Assembly (NCBI GenBank): GCA_963805625.1
Contig: CAWDVE010000017.1
Span: 864,001-928,000, forward strand
Origin: an uncultured Candidatus Rokubacteria bacterium
GTDB taxonomy: Bacteria > Methylomirabilota > Methylomirabilia > Rokubacteriales > DASRDR01
Direction of reading: 5' to 3'
DNA length: 64,000 bases
Position 1 is the stretch's first letter. Each line of letters starts with the position of its first letter. The position numbers and the translations under genes are program-made. Positions 30,080 to 40,272 of this stretch are shown one piece after another. Below the pieces are notes generated by a model, which saw only the letters and a list, made by a program, of their open reading frames with translations, did no database searches and was not told the DNA's origin.

Positions 30080-30745
30080 GTGAGTTCGACGCCTCTCGGA
30101 AGGGAATCGGTGCCGGGCCGCGTGGTCCGAGCGGTCGAGATCCCCGCGCGTCACGGCGCGGCGCTCGAGGTGCCGCGCGGGCTCGTCCTGCGGGTGATCG
30201 ACGTGGAGGGCCAGCAGGTGGGCGACTTCGTCTGCTTCAACCGGGACGATCTCGGCGAGCGCTACTCTCCGCAGAACACCGTCCTCTTCAACCGCACGAT
30301 CTATCCGAAGGTGGGTGCCGCGCTGGTGTCCGATCGCGGGCGGCCCATGATGCGTCTCATCGCCGACACGGTCGGCGTGCACGACCTGATCTGCGGATCC
30401 TGCAGCGAGGAGTACTACCGGAACCGGCTGGACTACACCGGGCCGCACCGGAGCTGCCGCTCGAACCTGGCAGAGGCACTGGCGCCCTGGGGGATCGAGC
30501 TCGAGGACGTGCCGTTCTCCTTCAACTTCTTCATGCAGTGGCCAGTCCAGCCCGACGGGGCGGTCCGCCCCATGGCGGCGCCCTCGCGGGCGGGTGACTA
30601 CGTCGACCTCCTGGCCGAGATGGATGTCCTGGCGGCCAACTCCGCCTGCCCGTCGGACATCACGCCGACCAACGCCCACCGTCCGACGCCCATGCGGTTC
30701 GTGCTCTACGAGCCGGCTCCCGGCGCCGTCGAGGCCTCACGCTGA
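30080..30745 (+). CDS. Urea carboxylase-associated DUF1989 protein
   Basis: DVEGQQVGD, HDLICGSC, SCRSNL, NSACP. Confidence 0.88.
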   Translation: MSSTPLGRESVPGRVVRAVEIPARHGAALEVPRGLVLRVIDVEGQQVGDFVCFNRDDLGERYSPQNTVLFNRTIYPKVGAALVSDRGRPMMRLIADTVGVHDLICGSCSEEYYRNRLDYTGPHRSCRSNLAEALAPWGIELEDVPFSFNFFMQWPVQPDGAVRPMAAPSRAGDYVDLLAEMDVLAANSACPSDITPTNAHRPTPMRFVLYEPAPGAVEASR

Positions 30746-30750
30746 AGAGG

Positions 30751-32190
30751 ATGTCGCCGCACCCGTCCGGACCGGATCGTGCCACGCGCCCGGTCATCCT
30801 GGTCGTCGACGACGACCCGGGCATCCGCGAAGCGTTCCGGCTCATCCTGGAGGAGGAGTACGACCTCGTGGAGGCCAAGGACGGGGCGCAAGCCCTCGAG
30901 CGCGTCCAAGGCTCTCCGGTGGACCTCGTCCTCCTGGACGTGCGGCTGCCAGGCATGGACGGCATCGAGGTCCTGGAGCGGATCAAGGCGATCGACGAGC
31001 ACGTGGAGGTGGTCCTGGTGACCGCCGTCCAGACGGTCCGGGCGGCGGTGGCGGCCATGAAGCTCGGCGCGCTCGACTACGTGACCAAGCCGTTCGACGA
31101 GGACGAGATCCTGCCCTTGATTCACCGCGCACTCGAGCGGCGCGCCCTCGACCGCGAGGTGGTCTACCTCCGGTCGGAGCTGGCGCGGGAGCGCGACTTC
31201 GACCAGCTGGTGGGACAGCACCACCTGATGCAACAGCTCTACCAGCTGATCAGCGCGGTCGCGAGGAACCCGCTCACCGTGCTGATCGTGGGGGAGAGCG
31301 GGACGGGGAAGGAGCTCGTCGCGCGGGCGATTCACCGGCACGGGCCGCGGCGCGACGAGCCGTTCATGCCGGTGAACGTCGCTGCGATCTCCGAGACGCT
31401 CATCGAGTCGGAGCTCTTCGGCCACGAGAAGGGCGCCTTCACGGGCGCCGTTTCGCGGAAGCTCGGGAAGTTCGAGCTGGGGCACCGGGGCACCCTGTTC
31501 CTGGACGAGATCGCCACCCTCCGGGTCGACCTCCAGGCCAAGATCCTGCGGGTGCTCCAGGAGCGCGAGATCGAGCGGGTGGGGGGCACCCGGCGCATCC
31601 CGGTCGACGTGCGCGTGATCGCCGCCACCAACGCCGACCTGCGCAAGGCCATCCAGGGCGGGAGCCTTCGCGAGGACCTCTACTACCGCCTGAACGTCGT
31701 CCAGATCGCCGTGCCTCCCCTCCGGGACCGGCGGGAGGACATCCCCCTCCTCGTCGACCACTTCATCCGCCGGTCGAACCATCTCCTGCACAAGCGCGTC
31801 ACCGGCGTCTCGCCGGCAGCGCTGGACGTCCTCATGGCGTACGGCTGGCCGGGCAACGTGCGTGAGCTCCAGAACGTCATCGAGCGCGCCGTCGCGCTGG
31901 CGGACGGCGCCGTGGTCGAGGTCAAGGACGTGCCACTCGACCTGATGCTGCCGGACGTACGCCATCTGGTCGATGACCCGACAAGCTTGCCTCTCCGAGA
32001 AGCCCGGGAGCGATTCGACCGGCAGGTCATCCTGCGGGTGCTCGAGCGGGTGCGATGGAACCAGTCGGAGGCGGCCCGGCTTCTCGGCCTGCACCGGAAT
32101 TCGCTCAAGACCAAGCTCCTGGCCTGGGGGATCGACCCCGTGGCCCTGGCCTCCGCCGGAGGTCGACCGGACGGAGGCGGTGCACAGTAG
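30751..32190 (+). CDS. sigma54-dependent response regulator (NtrC/AtoC family: REC-AAA+-Fis HTH)
   Basis: [49 protein letters not shown]. Confidence 0.96.
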   Translation: MSPHPSGPDRATRPVILVVDDDPGIREAFRLILEEEYDLVEAKDGAQALERVQGSPVDLVLLDVRLPGMDGIEVLERIKAIDEHVEVVLVTAVQTVRAAVAAMKLGALDYVTKPFDEDEILPLIHRALERRALDREVVYLRSELARERDFDQLVGQHHLMQQLYQLISAVARNPLTVLIVGESGTGKELVARAIHRHGPRRDEPFMPVNVAAISETLIESELFGHEKGAFTGAVSRKLGKFELGHRGTLFLDEIATLRVDLQAKILRVLQEREIERVGGTRRIPVDVRVIAATNADLRKAIQGGSLREDLYYRLNVVQIAVPPLRDRREDIPLLVDHFIRRSNHLLHKRVTGVSPAALDVLMAYGWPGNVRELQNVIERAVALADGAVVEVKDVPLDLMLPDVRHLVDDPTSLPLREARERFDRQVILRVLERVRWNQSEAARLLGLHRNSLKTKLLAWGIDPVALASAGGRPDGGGAQ

Positions 32191-32308
32191 ACAGTGCAGG
32201 GTGCACAGTCTAGTGTGCACTGTGTCGTAAACACCTGATTCTCTGGATTGGGTCGGGGCGGTCCGCCCCCGATCCTTGAGCGAGGTGCACAAGAAACAGT
32301 GCACCTCG
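32180..32308. promoter_or_regulatory. Three GTGCAC-N8-GTGCAC boxes, putative enhancer (UAS) for the adjacent activator
   Basis: 32180-32199 GTGCACAGTAGACAGTGCAG; 32201-32220 GTGCACAGTCTAGTGTGCAC; 32285-32304 GTGCACAAGAAACAGTGCAC. Confidence 0.8.
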
Positions 32309-32403
32309 GCTCGGGCCCGATGTATCGAGCTTCGGGCGCGCGCGATCCTGATTTCGCCGTGCTGGCGGACACTTCCGCCCCGGAGGGGCCAGCCAATTGA
32401 TCA

Positions 32404-32419
32404 TGGCCCCAGCATTGCT
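32404..32419 (+). promoter_or_regulatory. sigma54 -24/-12 promoter
   Basis: TGGCCCCAGCATTGCT, exact GG-N10-GC spacing. Confidence 0.82.
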
Positions 32420-32487
32420 CCTTCCTCGTCGAGTTGTTAGGACCCACAACACGTCCCGTTAAGCGGGACGTACAAAGGAGACTTTCC

Positions 32488-32622
32488 ATGACCAAGCTCA
32501 CGGCCCTTCTCGTGCTCATCGCCTCCTTTCTGTTCGTGGCCCCAGTGATCGAGTCGGGGACGCTGACCTCGGGGCCCATCTTCCAGGCGGTCGGCAACGC
32601 CTCCGATGGCGGCGGCGACTAG
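32488..32622 (+). CDS. 44-aa secreted peptide precursor 1 (MTKLTALLVLIASFLFVAPVIESGTLTSGPIFQAVGNASDGGGD)
   Basis: AAAGGAG RBS 7 nt upstream, basic + hydrophobic signal-like N-terminus, first ORF after the sigma54 promoter. Confidence 0.8.
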   Translation: MTKLTALLVLIASFLFVAPVIESGTLTSGPIFQAVGNASDGGGD

Positions 32623-32700
32623 CCCCCACCCTGGAGAGAGCGATCTGGCGCAGCCAACGAACGTCACGGGTGCGTAGCTCGGCAGGTCGAGGAGGGTATC

Positions 32701-32838
32701 ATGACGTAGACATGGACGATTATGGTCATCGTGGCGTCCTTGCCGTTCGTCGCTCTGTGGACCGAGCCGGTGACGTTGGTCTTGGAGTCCGTCTCCCAGG
32801 GGGTGGACTATGCCAAGGATGGCGCCGTCGGCTGGTAG
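32701..32838 (+). pseudogene. Peptide precursor paralog 2 with in-frame TAG at codon 3 (MT*TWTIMVIVASLPFVALWTEPVTLVLESVSQGVDYAKDGAVGW)
   Basis: GGAGGG RBS; ungapped alignment to peptide 1, 16/44 identities counted by eye; TAG aligns with AAG (Lys). Confidence 0.72.
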
Positions 32839-32855
32839 CGGGTGCGCGGAATTGG

Positions 32856-34496
32856 ATGCGTGTCGCCGGGAGGGGACAGTGCCCGCGCGGTCGCTGGTGG
32901 GTCGGCTGCATGATCCTGGGGGTGCTCTGGCTCTCTCCAGGCCTCAGGCCGGGGAAAGTCGAGGCCCAGGAGCGCGGGGTCGCCCAGCCGGGCGGAACAT
33001 ATCGGCGGCCTCTCGCAAACGACCCGGCCACGCTGGATCCCGCGCGCCAGCGTGACATCTACAGCCTTGCGGTTGGCCAGCAGCTGTTCGACGGTCTCGT
33101 CGAGTTCGACCAGACGCTCAACATCACGCCGGCGCTCGCCCAGTTCTGGATCGCCTCCCGCGATGGCCTGACCTGGACGTTCACGCTCCGGAAGGGCGTC
33201 AAGTTCCACCACGGGCGGGAGGTGACGGCGGATGACGTCGTCTACTCCTACACCCGACTACTGGATCCCCGCATCCGCTCCGGCGGGGCCGATCTGCTGA
33301 TGAACATCCAGGGGGCGACGGAGTTCCGCGAGGGTCGGGCGAAGCAGGTGGCTGGCCTCGCCGCGCCCGACCGGTACACCGTCCGGGTGACCCTGACCGA
33401 AGCACCGGTGCCCTTCGTCTCCATGTTGGCCGTGGGCCAGGCGAAAATCGTGCCGCGGGAGCTCGTCGAGGAGCGGGGGGACGCCTTCGGGAGTCAGCCG
33501 GTGGGCACGGGCCCCTTCCGGTTCGTCCGCTGGGAGCGCGGGAAGGAGATCGTGCTGGCGGCAAACGCGGACTACTTCGACGGGCCCCCGAAGCTAGCCC
33601 GGCTCATCTTCCGCATCTTCCCGGGGGAGCGCCGTGAAGGGGCGTTCGCGGAGTTCCAGAGGGGGGCTCTCGAGGACAGCTGGATCCCCACCAAGGACTA
33701 CCGCCAGATCATCGCGAGCCAGAGTTATCAGTACTTCCGCCGGCCGATCTTCAACCTCCGTCACTACGGTTTCAACACCCGCACAAAGCCGTTCGACGAT
33801 CGGCGGGTGCGCCAAGCCATCCTCTACGCGGTCGATCGGGAGGCCGTGGTCTCGGAGATCTGGCTCGGCCGGCACGCTCTCGCGCGAGGGATCCTCCCGC
33901 CCGGGACTCTCGGGTTCAATCCGAAGCTCAAAGGCTATCCGTACGACCCCGCGCGCGCGCGCGAGGTTCTCGCCGAGGCGGGCTATCCCGGGGGGCGCGG
34001 GCTCCCTCCGCTCACGATCTGGTCGAGTGTTCGCTCCGAAGAGGTCTTGCGCGAGCACGAGCAGATTCGGAAGGATCTCGAGGCCGTCGGGATCACGGCC
34101 GAGTTCCAGTACAACCCCGACTGGCCAAGCTTCTCCCGGGCGATGCAGGAGCGGAAGCTGCCGATCTTCCTCCGCGCCTGGTTTGCCGACGTCCCGGACC
34201 CCGAGAACTTCCTCGCGAAGCTGTTCCACTCCGGCAGTCCGTTCAACTACATGGGCTACAGCAGCCCGGCAGTGGACGCGCTCCTCGACAAGGCGCGGGC
34301 CGAGCCTGACATGACACGCCGGGTCGAGGTCTATCACCGCGCGGAGGAGATGATCCTGGAGGACGCACCTGTGATTCCCATCTCGCACCAGACGTACGAG
34401 CGCCTCTTCCAGCCGTATGTCAAGGGCGTGGAGGTCAGCGGCCTCGGCGACTCGTACATTCCCTTCCGGAAGGTGTGGCTCGAGCGACCGCCCTGA
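32856..34496 (+). CDS. Family 5 (OppA/DppA-like) extracytoplasmic binding protein, no cognate transporter adjacent
   Basis: Signal ending VEA-Q, DPATLDPA, FTLRKGVKFH, PVGTGPF, PFDDRRVRQA. Confidence 0.92.
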   Translation: MRVAGRGQCPRGRWWVGCMILGVLWLSPGLRPGKVEAQERGVAQPGGTYRRPLANDPATLDPARQRDIYSLAVGQQLFDGLVEFDQTLNITPALAQFWIASRDGLTWTFTLRKGVKFHHGREVTADDVVYSYTRLLDPRIRSGGADLLMNIQGATEFREGRAKQVAGLAAPDRYTVRVTLTEAPVPFVSMLAVGQAKIVPRELVEERGDAFGSQPVGTGPFRFVRWERGKEIVLAANADYFDGPPKLARLIFRIFPGERREGAFAEFQRGALEDSWIPTKDYRQIIASQSYQYFRRPIFNLRHYGFNTRTKPFDDRRVRQAILYAVDREAVVSEIWLGRHALARGILPPGTLGFNPKLKGYPYDPARAREVLAEAGYPGGRGLPPLTIWSSVRSEEVLREHEQIRKDLEAVGITAEFQYNPDWPSFSRAMQERKLPIFLRAWFADVPDPENFLAKLFHSGSPFNYMGYSSPAVDALLDKARAEPDMTRRVEVYHRAEEMILEDAPVIPISHQTYERLFQPYVKGVEVSGLGDSYIPFRKVWLERPP

Positions 34497-34507
34497 TCGG
34501 ACGTCGG

Positions 34508-36424
34508 ATGGCTCGCCCGCTGTTCGTGTCGCTTCGCACCAAGCTCCTCATCGGCACGATCCTGATCGTCGCCGCGCTCATGGCCGCCGTGACCGTCGTC
34601 GTCGAGCATCGACAGCGGACGACCATCATCGAGGAGGTCCACCGCCGCGGCACGGCGATGGCAGAGGGTCTGGCCGGCGTTTCGGCCGGCGCGCTTCTCC
34701 TCTACAACTTCACGGCCCTCGAACAGAATGTCGTGCGCTTCGACCGCGAGACCGACGTGGTCTACGCGATGGTCCTCGACCGGTACGGCGAGGTCGTGGC
34801 GCACAGCCGGGCTCCCGGGGCCGTGGGGTCTACGCTGTCGGATCCGGTGTCCCTCCGCGCTCTCGCCGTCGCGCCCGTGCTCCAGGAAACGACCGGGCCG
34901 GACGGGGAGGCGCTCTACGACATCGCGGTGCCGATCCTGGTCGAGGGGGACCGCTGGGGTACCGTACGCATTGCCCTCTCGCGCAGACGGATGGACGCGG
35001 AGATCTCCGACACCCGGCGGGAGCTGGCGGCGCTGGCCGTGGTCGCCCTCGTGCTGGGCGGTCTGGCGACGGCGATCGTCGCACGGCGCATCGCCCGTCC
35101 GGTGCGCCAGCTGGCCGACGGCGTCGCGGCGATCGCGCGCGGGGAGCTGGACCAGCGCATCGACCCCGGCCGCTCCGACGAGCTCGGCCGGCTGGCGCTC
35201 GCCTTCAACGAGATGGCCGCGCAGCTGCGGCAGCAGCGCACGGACCTCGAGGTCGCCGCCGCGGCGCTGCACCAGCGTTTCGCGGAGCTGTCCGACCTGA
35301 AGAGCTACACCGACCACATCCTCCGGTCCTTCGTGAACGGGCTCGTGACGCTCGACCTCGACGGCCGCGTGGTCACCGTGAACGTCGCCGCGGAGACCCT
35401 CACCGGGTGCGCGGCGAGCGTGCTCACGGGCCGTCCTGCGACAGAGGTGTTCCACCACGTCCCGGAGCTTCGGGACCTGCTCCTCGAGACGCTCCGGACC
35501 CGCGTGGGCGTCCCGCAGGTCGTGCTCATGCTGCCCCGCGGCGAGGGGCGGTCGATCCCGGTGGAGGTCGCGACGACGCCGCTCCGCGGGGCGGAGGGCC
35601 AGGCTCTCGGCGTGGTGGCCATCCTCCGTGACCTGACGCCCGTCCGCCAGCTCGAGGAGCAGCTCCGCCGCTCCGACCGCCTCGCCGCGCTGGGCACGCT
35701 GGCGGCCGGGCTGGCCCACGAGATCAAGAATCCGCTCACGTCAATCATGACGTTCAGCCGGCACGTCGCCCGGCGATTCGACGACGAGCGATTCCGCCAG
35801 CGGTTCCAGAGCGTCGTCCCCCGTGAGCTGGAGCGGATCAACGCCATCGTCGACGGGCTCCTGCGCCTGGCCCGGCCCGCGCGTCTCGTGCTCGCGCCCG
35901 TGCACCTGCCGCCGCTCGTCGAGCAGGCGCTCGAGCTCTACGCGCCCCAGATCGAAGCCCGGCGCATCCGCGTGCGGCGCGAATGGTCGATCAGCGTGCC
36001 ACCGATCCCGGGCGACGCCGAGCACCTGTACCAGGCCTTCCTCAACCTCGTGGCGAACGCCATCGACGCCATGGAGGACGAGGGCGGCACGCTCACGGTG
36101 CGCCTGGGCTGGCCCCAGGCCGCCGAGGGCCTCGGCGCCGCGTTCCGCGACCGACTCGTGCTGGAGGTGATGGATACCGGCAGCGGGATCAAGCCGGAGG
36201 AGACGGCGGAGGTCTTCAACCCCTTCTTCACCACGAAGTCGGGAGGAACGGGGCTCGGGCTTGCCATCGCGCACAAGATCGTCGAGGACCACGGCGGCAC
36301 GGTGACGTTCCGCAGCACCCCCGGCCAGGGGACGGTGTTCACGGTTGCGCTCCCGATCCGGGTTGGCCGGCGCGCCGACCATCCGGCCTCCGGGGAGTGG
36401 CGGATCGGAAGTCAGGCGCCGTGA
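34508..36424 (+). CDS. Membrane sensor histidine kinase (periplasmic domain, HAMP, PAS, HisKA, HATPase)
   Basis: 2 TMs, DELGRLALAFNEM, LAHEIKNPL, NLVANA, DTGSGI, PFFTTK, GTGLGL. Confidence 0.95.
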   Translation: MARPLFVSLRTKLLIGTILIVAALMAAVTVVVEHRQRTTIIEEVHRRGTAMAEGLAGVSAGALLLYNFTALEQNVVRFDRETDVVYAMVLDRYGEVVAHSRAPGAVGSTLSDPVSLRALAVAPVLQETTGPDGEALYDIAVPILVEGDRWGTVRIALSRRRMDAEISDTRRELAALAVVALVLGGLATAIVARRIARPVRQLADGVAAIARGELDQRIDPGRSDELGRLALAFNEMAAQLRQQRTDLEVAAAALHQRFAELSDLKSYTDHILRSFVNGLVTLDLDGRVVTVNVAAETLTGCAASVLTGRPATEVFHHVPELRDLLLETLRTRVGVPQVVLMLPRGEGRSIPVEVATTPLRGAEGQALGVVAILRDLTPVRQLEEQLRRSDRLAALGTLAAGLAHEIKNPLTSIMTFSRHVARRFDDERFRQRFQSVVPRELERINAIVDGLLRLARPARLVLAPVHLPPLVEQALELYAPQIEARRIRVRREWSISVPPIPGDAEHLYQAFLNLVANAIDAMEDEGGTLTVRLGWPQAAEGLGAAFRDRLVLEVMDTGSGIKPEETAEVFNPFFTTKSGGTGLGLAIAHKIVEDHGGTVTFRSTPGQGTVFTVALPIRVGRRADHPASGEWRIGSQAP

Positions 36425-36897
36425 GCGCGCCGGCGGAACTTAGGCGGATGGGGGCCCCCGAGACGCCGCCGCCGAGGGCCGGCCAGTTCGGGGCGCGAGC
36501 CCTCCTCGTCGAGGACGAGCGGCTCGTGGGCGAGCTGCTGGCGGAGTTCCTGGCGCTCGAAGGGTACGAGGTCGACCGGGCGATGAACGGGCGCGAGGCG
36601 CTCGAGCTCGTGCGCCGCCGGGCCTATTCGCTGATCGTGAGCGACGTGCGGATGCCGGACGTGGATGGCCCGGCGCTCTACTACGAGCTCCTGGCCGTGC
36701 GTCCCGAGGTGGTGCGGCGCATGCTGTTCGTCACGGGGGACATCATGGGCGCCGCGACGCGCCGCTTCCTCGATGAGACCTGTCTCCGTTACCTGGAGAA
36801 GCCGTTCACGATCGCCGAGTTCCAGGCGGTGGTCCGGGGCGTGATGGCCGAGCCGTCGAACGCCGGGCCGCGGGAGCCCGGCGCCGCCCCGCCCTGA
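36421..36897 (+). CDS. Single-domain response regulator
   Basis: LLVEDE, SDVRMPDVDG, VTG, LEKPF; GTG overlaps the kinase stop. Confidence 0.88.
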   Translation: MSAPAELRRMGAPETPPPRAGQFGARALLVEDERLVGELLAEFLALEGYEVDRAMNGREALELVRRRAYSLIVSDVRMPDVDGPALYYELLAVRPEVVRRMLFVTGDIMGAATRRFLDETCLRYLEKPFTIAEFQAVVRGVMAEPSNAGPREPGAAPP

Positions 36898-36918
36898 GGC
36901 ACCGCGGTTCGCTGCAGC

Positions 36919-38592
<1,674 letters not shown>

Positions 38593-38656
38593 GGCGCCAC
38601 GTATGATACACGACCGAACGGCGCCGGGTGCGGCGGCCGACACAGGAGGGACAGCG

Positions 38657-39010
38657 GTGGCGGATCAACGGGTCCAGTTCGACTTCGAGATCGAGTTCTC
38701 CAACGGGGGCGGGCTCCGGGGGCAGGGGTTCCGGCTCGACATTGAGGGGGAGGATATCGCGGATGAGGCCCTGGCCGACTACCTCGTCCGGGACATTGCG
38801 GCACTGGTCGGGATCGACTCTCTGAATATCGACGACACCTCGGACCTTCGCCGCTCCGCGCACAGCACGCTCCTGGGCGCGGACATCCCCATCGTCGAGC
38901 ACCTCCGCGGGCTTGAGCGCCTGCCGGATGCGGGCTTCCGCTTCTTCGCCGTCCCGGTGAAGGTGATCGGGCTCGGGACTTTCCCGGTCCGCGCCTTCGC
39001 GGCGATCTGA
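38657..39010 (+). pseudogene. Internally deleted cyclase (kynurenine formamidase-like) fusion
   Basis: VQFDFEIEFSNGGG N-terminal module joined directly to the cyclase C-terminus VGIDSLNIDD...IVEHL...FPVRAFA; metal-binding H-x-G-T-H-x-D segment absent. Confidence 0.65.
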
Positions 39011-39409
39011 GCGCCGATCGGGCGCGCAGCCGCCGCCTGGCTCCCCGGAGGAGGCTCTGGAGGACGCCGCCCACGTCCCCGGAGCGAACCAGGTACGCGG
39101 CCGCCCGACGCAACGGCGCGCGCCCCCCGCCGACAGCGTGGTGAGCCAGGGCTTCCCGTGCGCTGACCTGGACCTGCTCGAGAGCGTCCAAGAAGGCGCC
39201 GGGCAGGACCACGCTAGCACTCCGGAGCTGCCGAACCACCTCCCGAAGGCGAAGCACGACGTGGACCCGGGGCCGCGTCGGCAACGAGCCGCTCCCAGTC
39301 GATCGAGCCGGTCGCGGAGCGGACGATCATCGCAGTGAAGGGCTGGCGCGGTCTCCGCGGGGGCGGCAGATTCCTGCGGCGGGCCCTGGGCAGATGAAGT
39401 TGCGCCCGG

Positions 39410-40243
39410 TCACCGCTGAACGGCCGGCACCCAGGCGGCGGTGCGGCCGGCGATCGTCTCCCGGCGAATGATGTCGCCTTTCACGGTGACGCCGGGCCGC
39501 GAGCCCCAGCGCCGATGGAAGAGCCAGGCTCGCGGGTAGCGGTCGCTGTCGGCCCGCGCGCCAACCGCCCGCCGGACGACCGAGCGCAGTCGCGCGCGCA
39601 GCCGGTCGAGTTCCCGGTCGGACAGCGATCGGGCCGGACGCCGGGGCGCGATACGCGCCTGATAGAGCACCTCGTCGGCGATCCAGTTCCCGACACCCGC
39701 CGCAAACGACTGGTTGAGCAGGAGCACCTTGACCGGCGCCGCGCGTCCCCGCGCGAGCTCGCGGAACTGCGCGGTGCCCGGCAGCCCGCGGAGGGCGTCG
39801 AAGCCCAGGCCGGCAATCGGGGGCTCGGTCGCGGGATCCTGGCGAAGCCGGATCCGGCCGAGCCGCCGGCCATCGGCGATCACGAGCTCGTGGCCACCCT
39901 CGAACGTCAGACGGAGCTTGGTGAACCGAGGTGGCCATCCGGGCTCCGGGCGGCGGCCGCTCGACACGAGGCGCACCCCGCGCCGGCGCGACGTGTGGAG
40001 GCCGCCGGCCATGCCGAAGTGGATGGAGAGCCACGGCCGTCGGTCGAGCTCGAACCAGAAGTGCTTGCCGTGACGCCGCACGGCGCGGACCTGCCGCCCG
40101 AGGAGCGCGCGGCGGATCCGCGCGGGCGAAACTCGCTCGAAGACGATCGTGTCGTCCGCCACGGTGACGCCGACGATCCGGCGCCCGACCGCCACGGCGA
40201 TGGCTGCGCGGCGGGCGGTCTCGACCTCGGGCAGTTCCGGCAT
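39410..40243 (-). CDS. mutM: Fpg/Nei DNA glycosylase lacking a zinc finger
   Basis: MPELPEVE, HFGMAG, LLNQS..AGVGNWIADEVL; no C-terminal Cys cluster. Confidence 0.88.
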   Translation of the reverse strand: MPELPEVETARRAAIAVAVGRRIVGVTVADDTIVFERVSPARIRRALLGRQVRAVRRHGKHFWFELDRRPWLSIHFGMAGGLHTSRRRGVRLVSSGRRPEPGWPPRFTKLRLTFEGGHELVIADGRRLGRIRLRQDPATEPPIAGLGFDALRGLPGTAQFRELARGRAAPVKVLLLNQSFAAGVGNWIADEVLYQARIAPRRPARSLSDRELDRLRARLRSVVRRAVGARADSDRYPRAWLFHRRWGSRPGVTVKGDIIRRETIAGRTAAWVPAVQR

Positions 40244-40272
40244 GGGTCAGGCGCTCCGGCGCGTCACGCGGG

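Noticed and set aside
32180-32310. GTGCAC repeats as a CRISPR array
   Set aside because: Too short, no repeat-spacer periodicity, no cas genes
32645-32660. CTGGCGC as a second sigma54 promoter
   Set aside because: No GC at the -12 position
32488-32838. Peptides as RiPP precursors or toxin-antitoxin
   Set aside because: No modifying enzymes, peptidase-exporter or antisense signature adjacent; the context is signalling
32670-32855. N-terminal extension of the 608-aa SBP ORF
   Set aside because: It overlaps the peptide-2 frame and its RBS; the signal peptide fits a start at 32856
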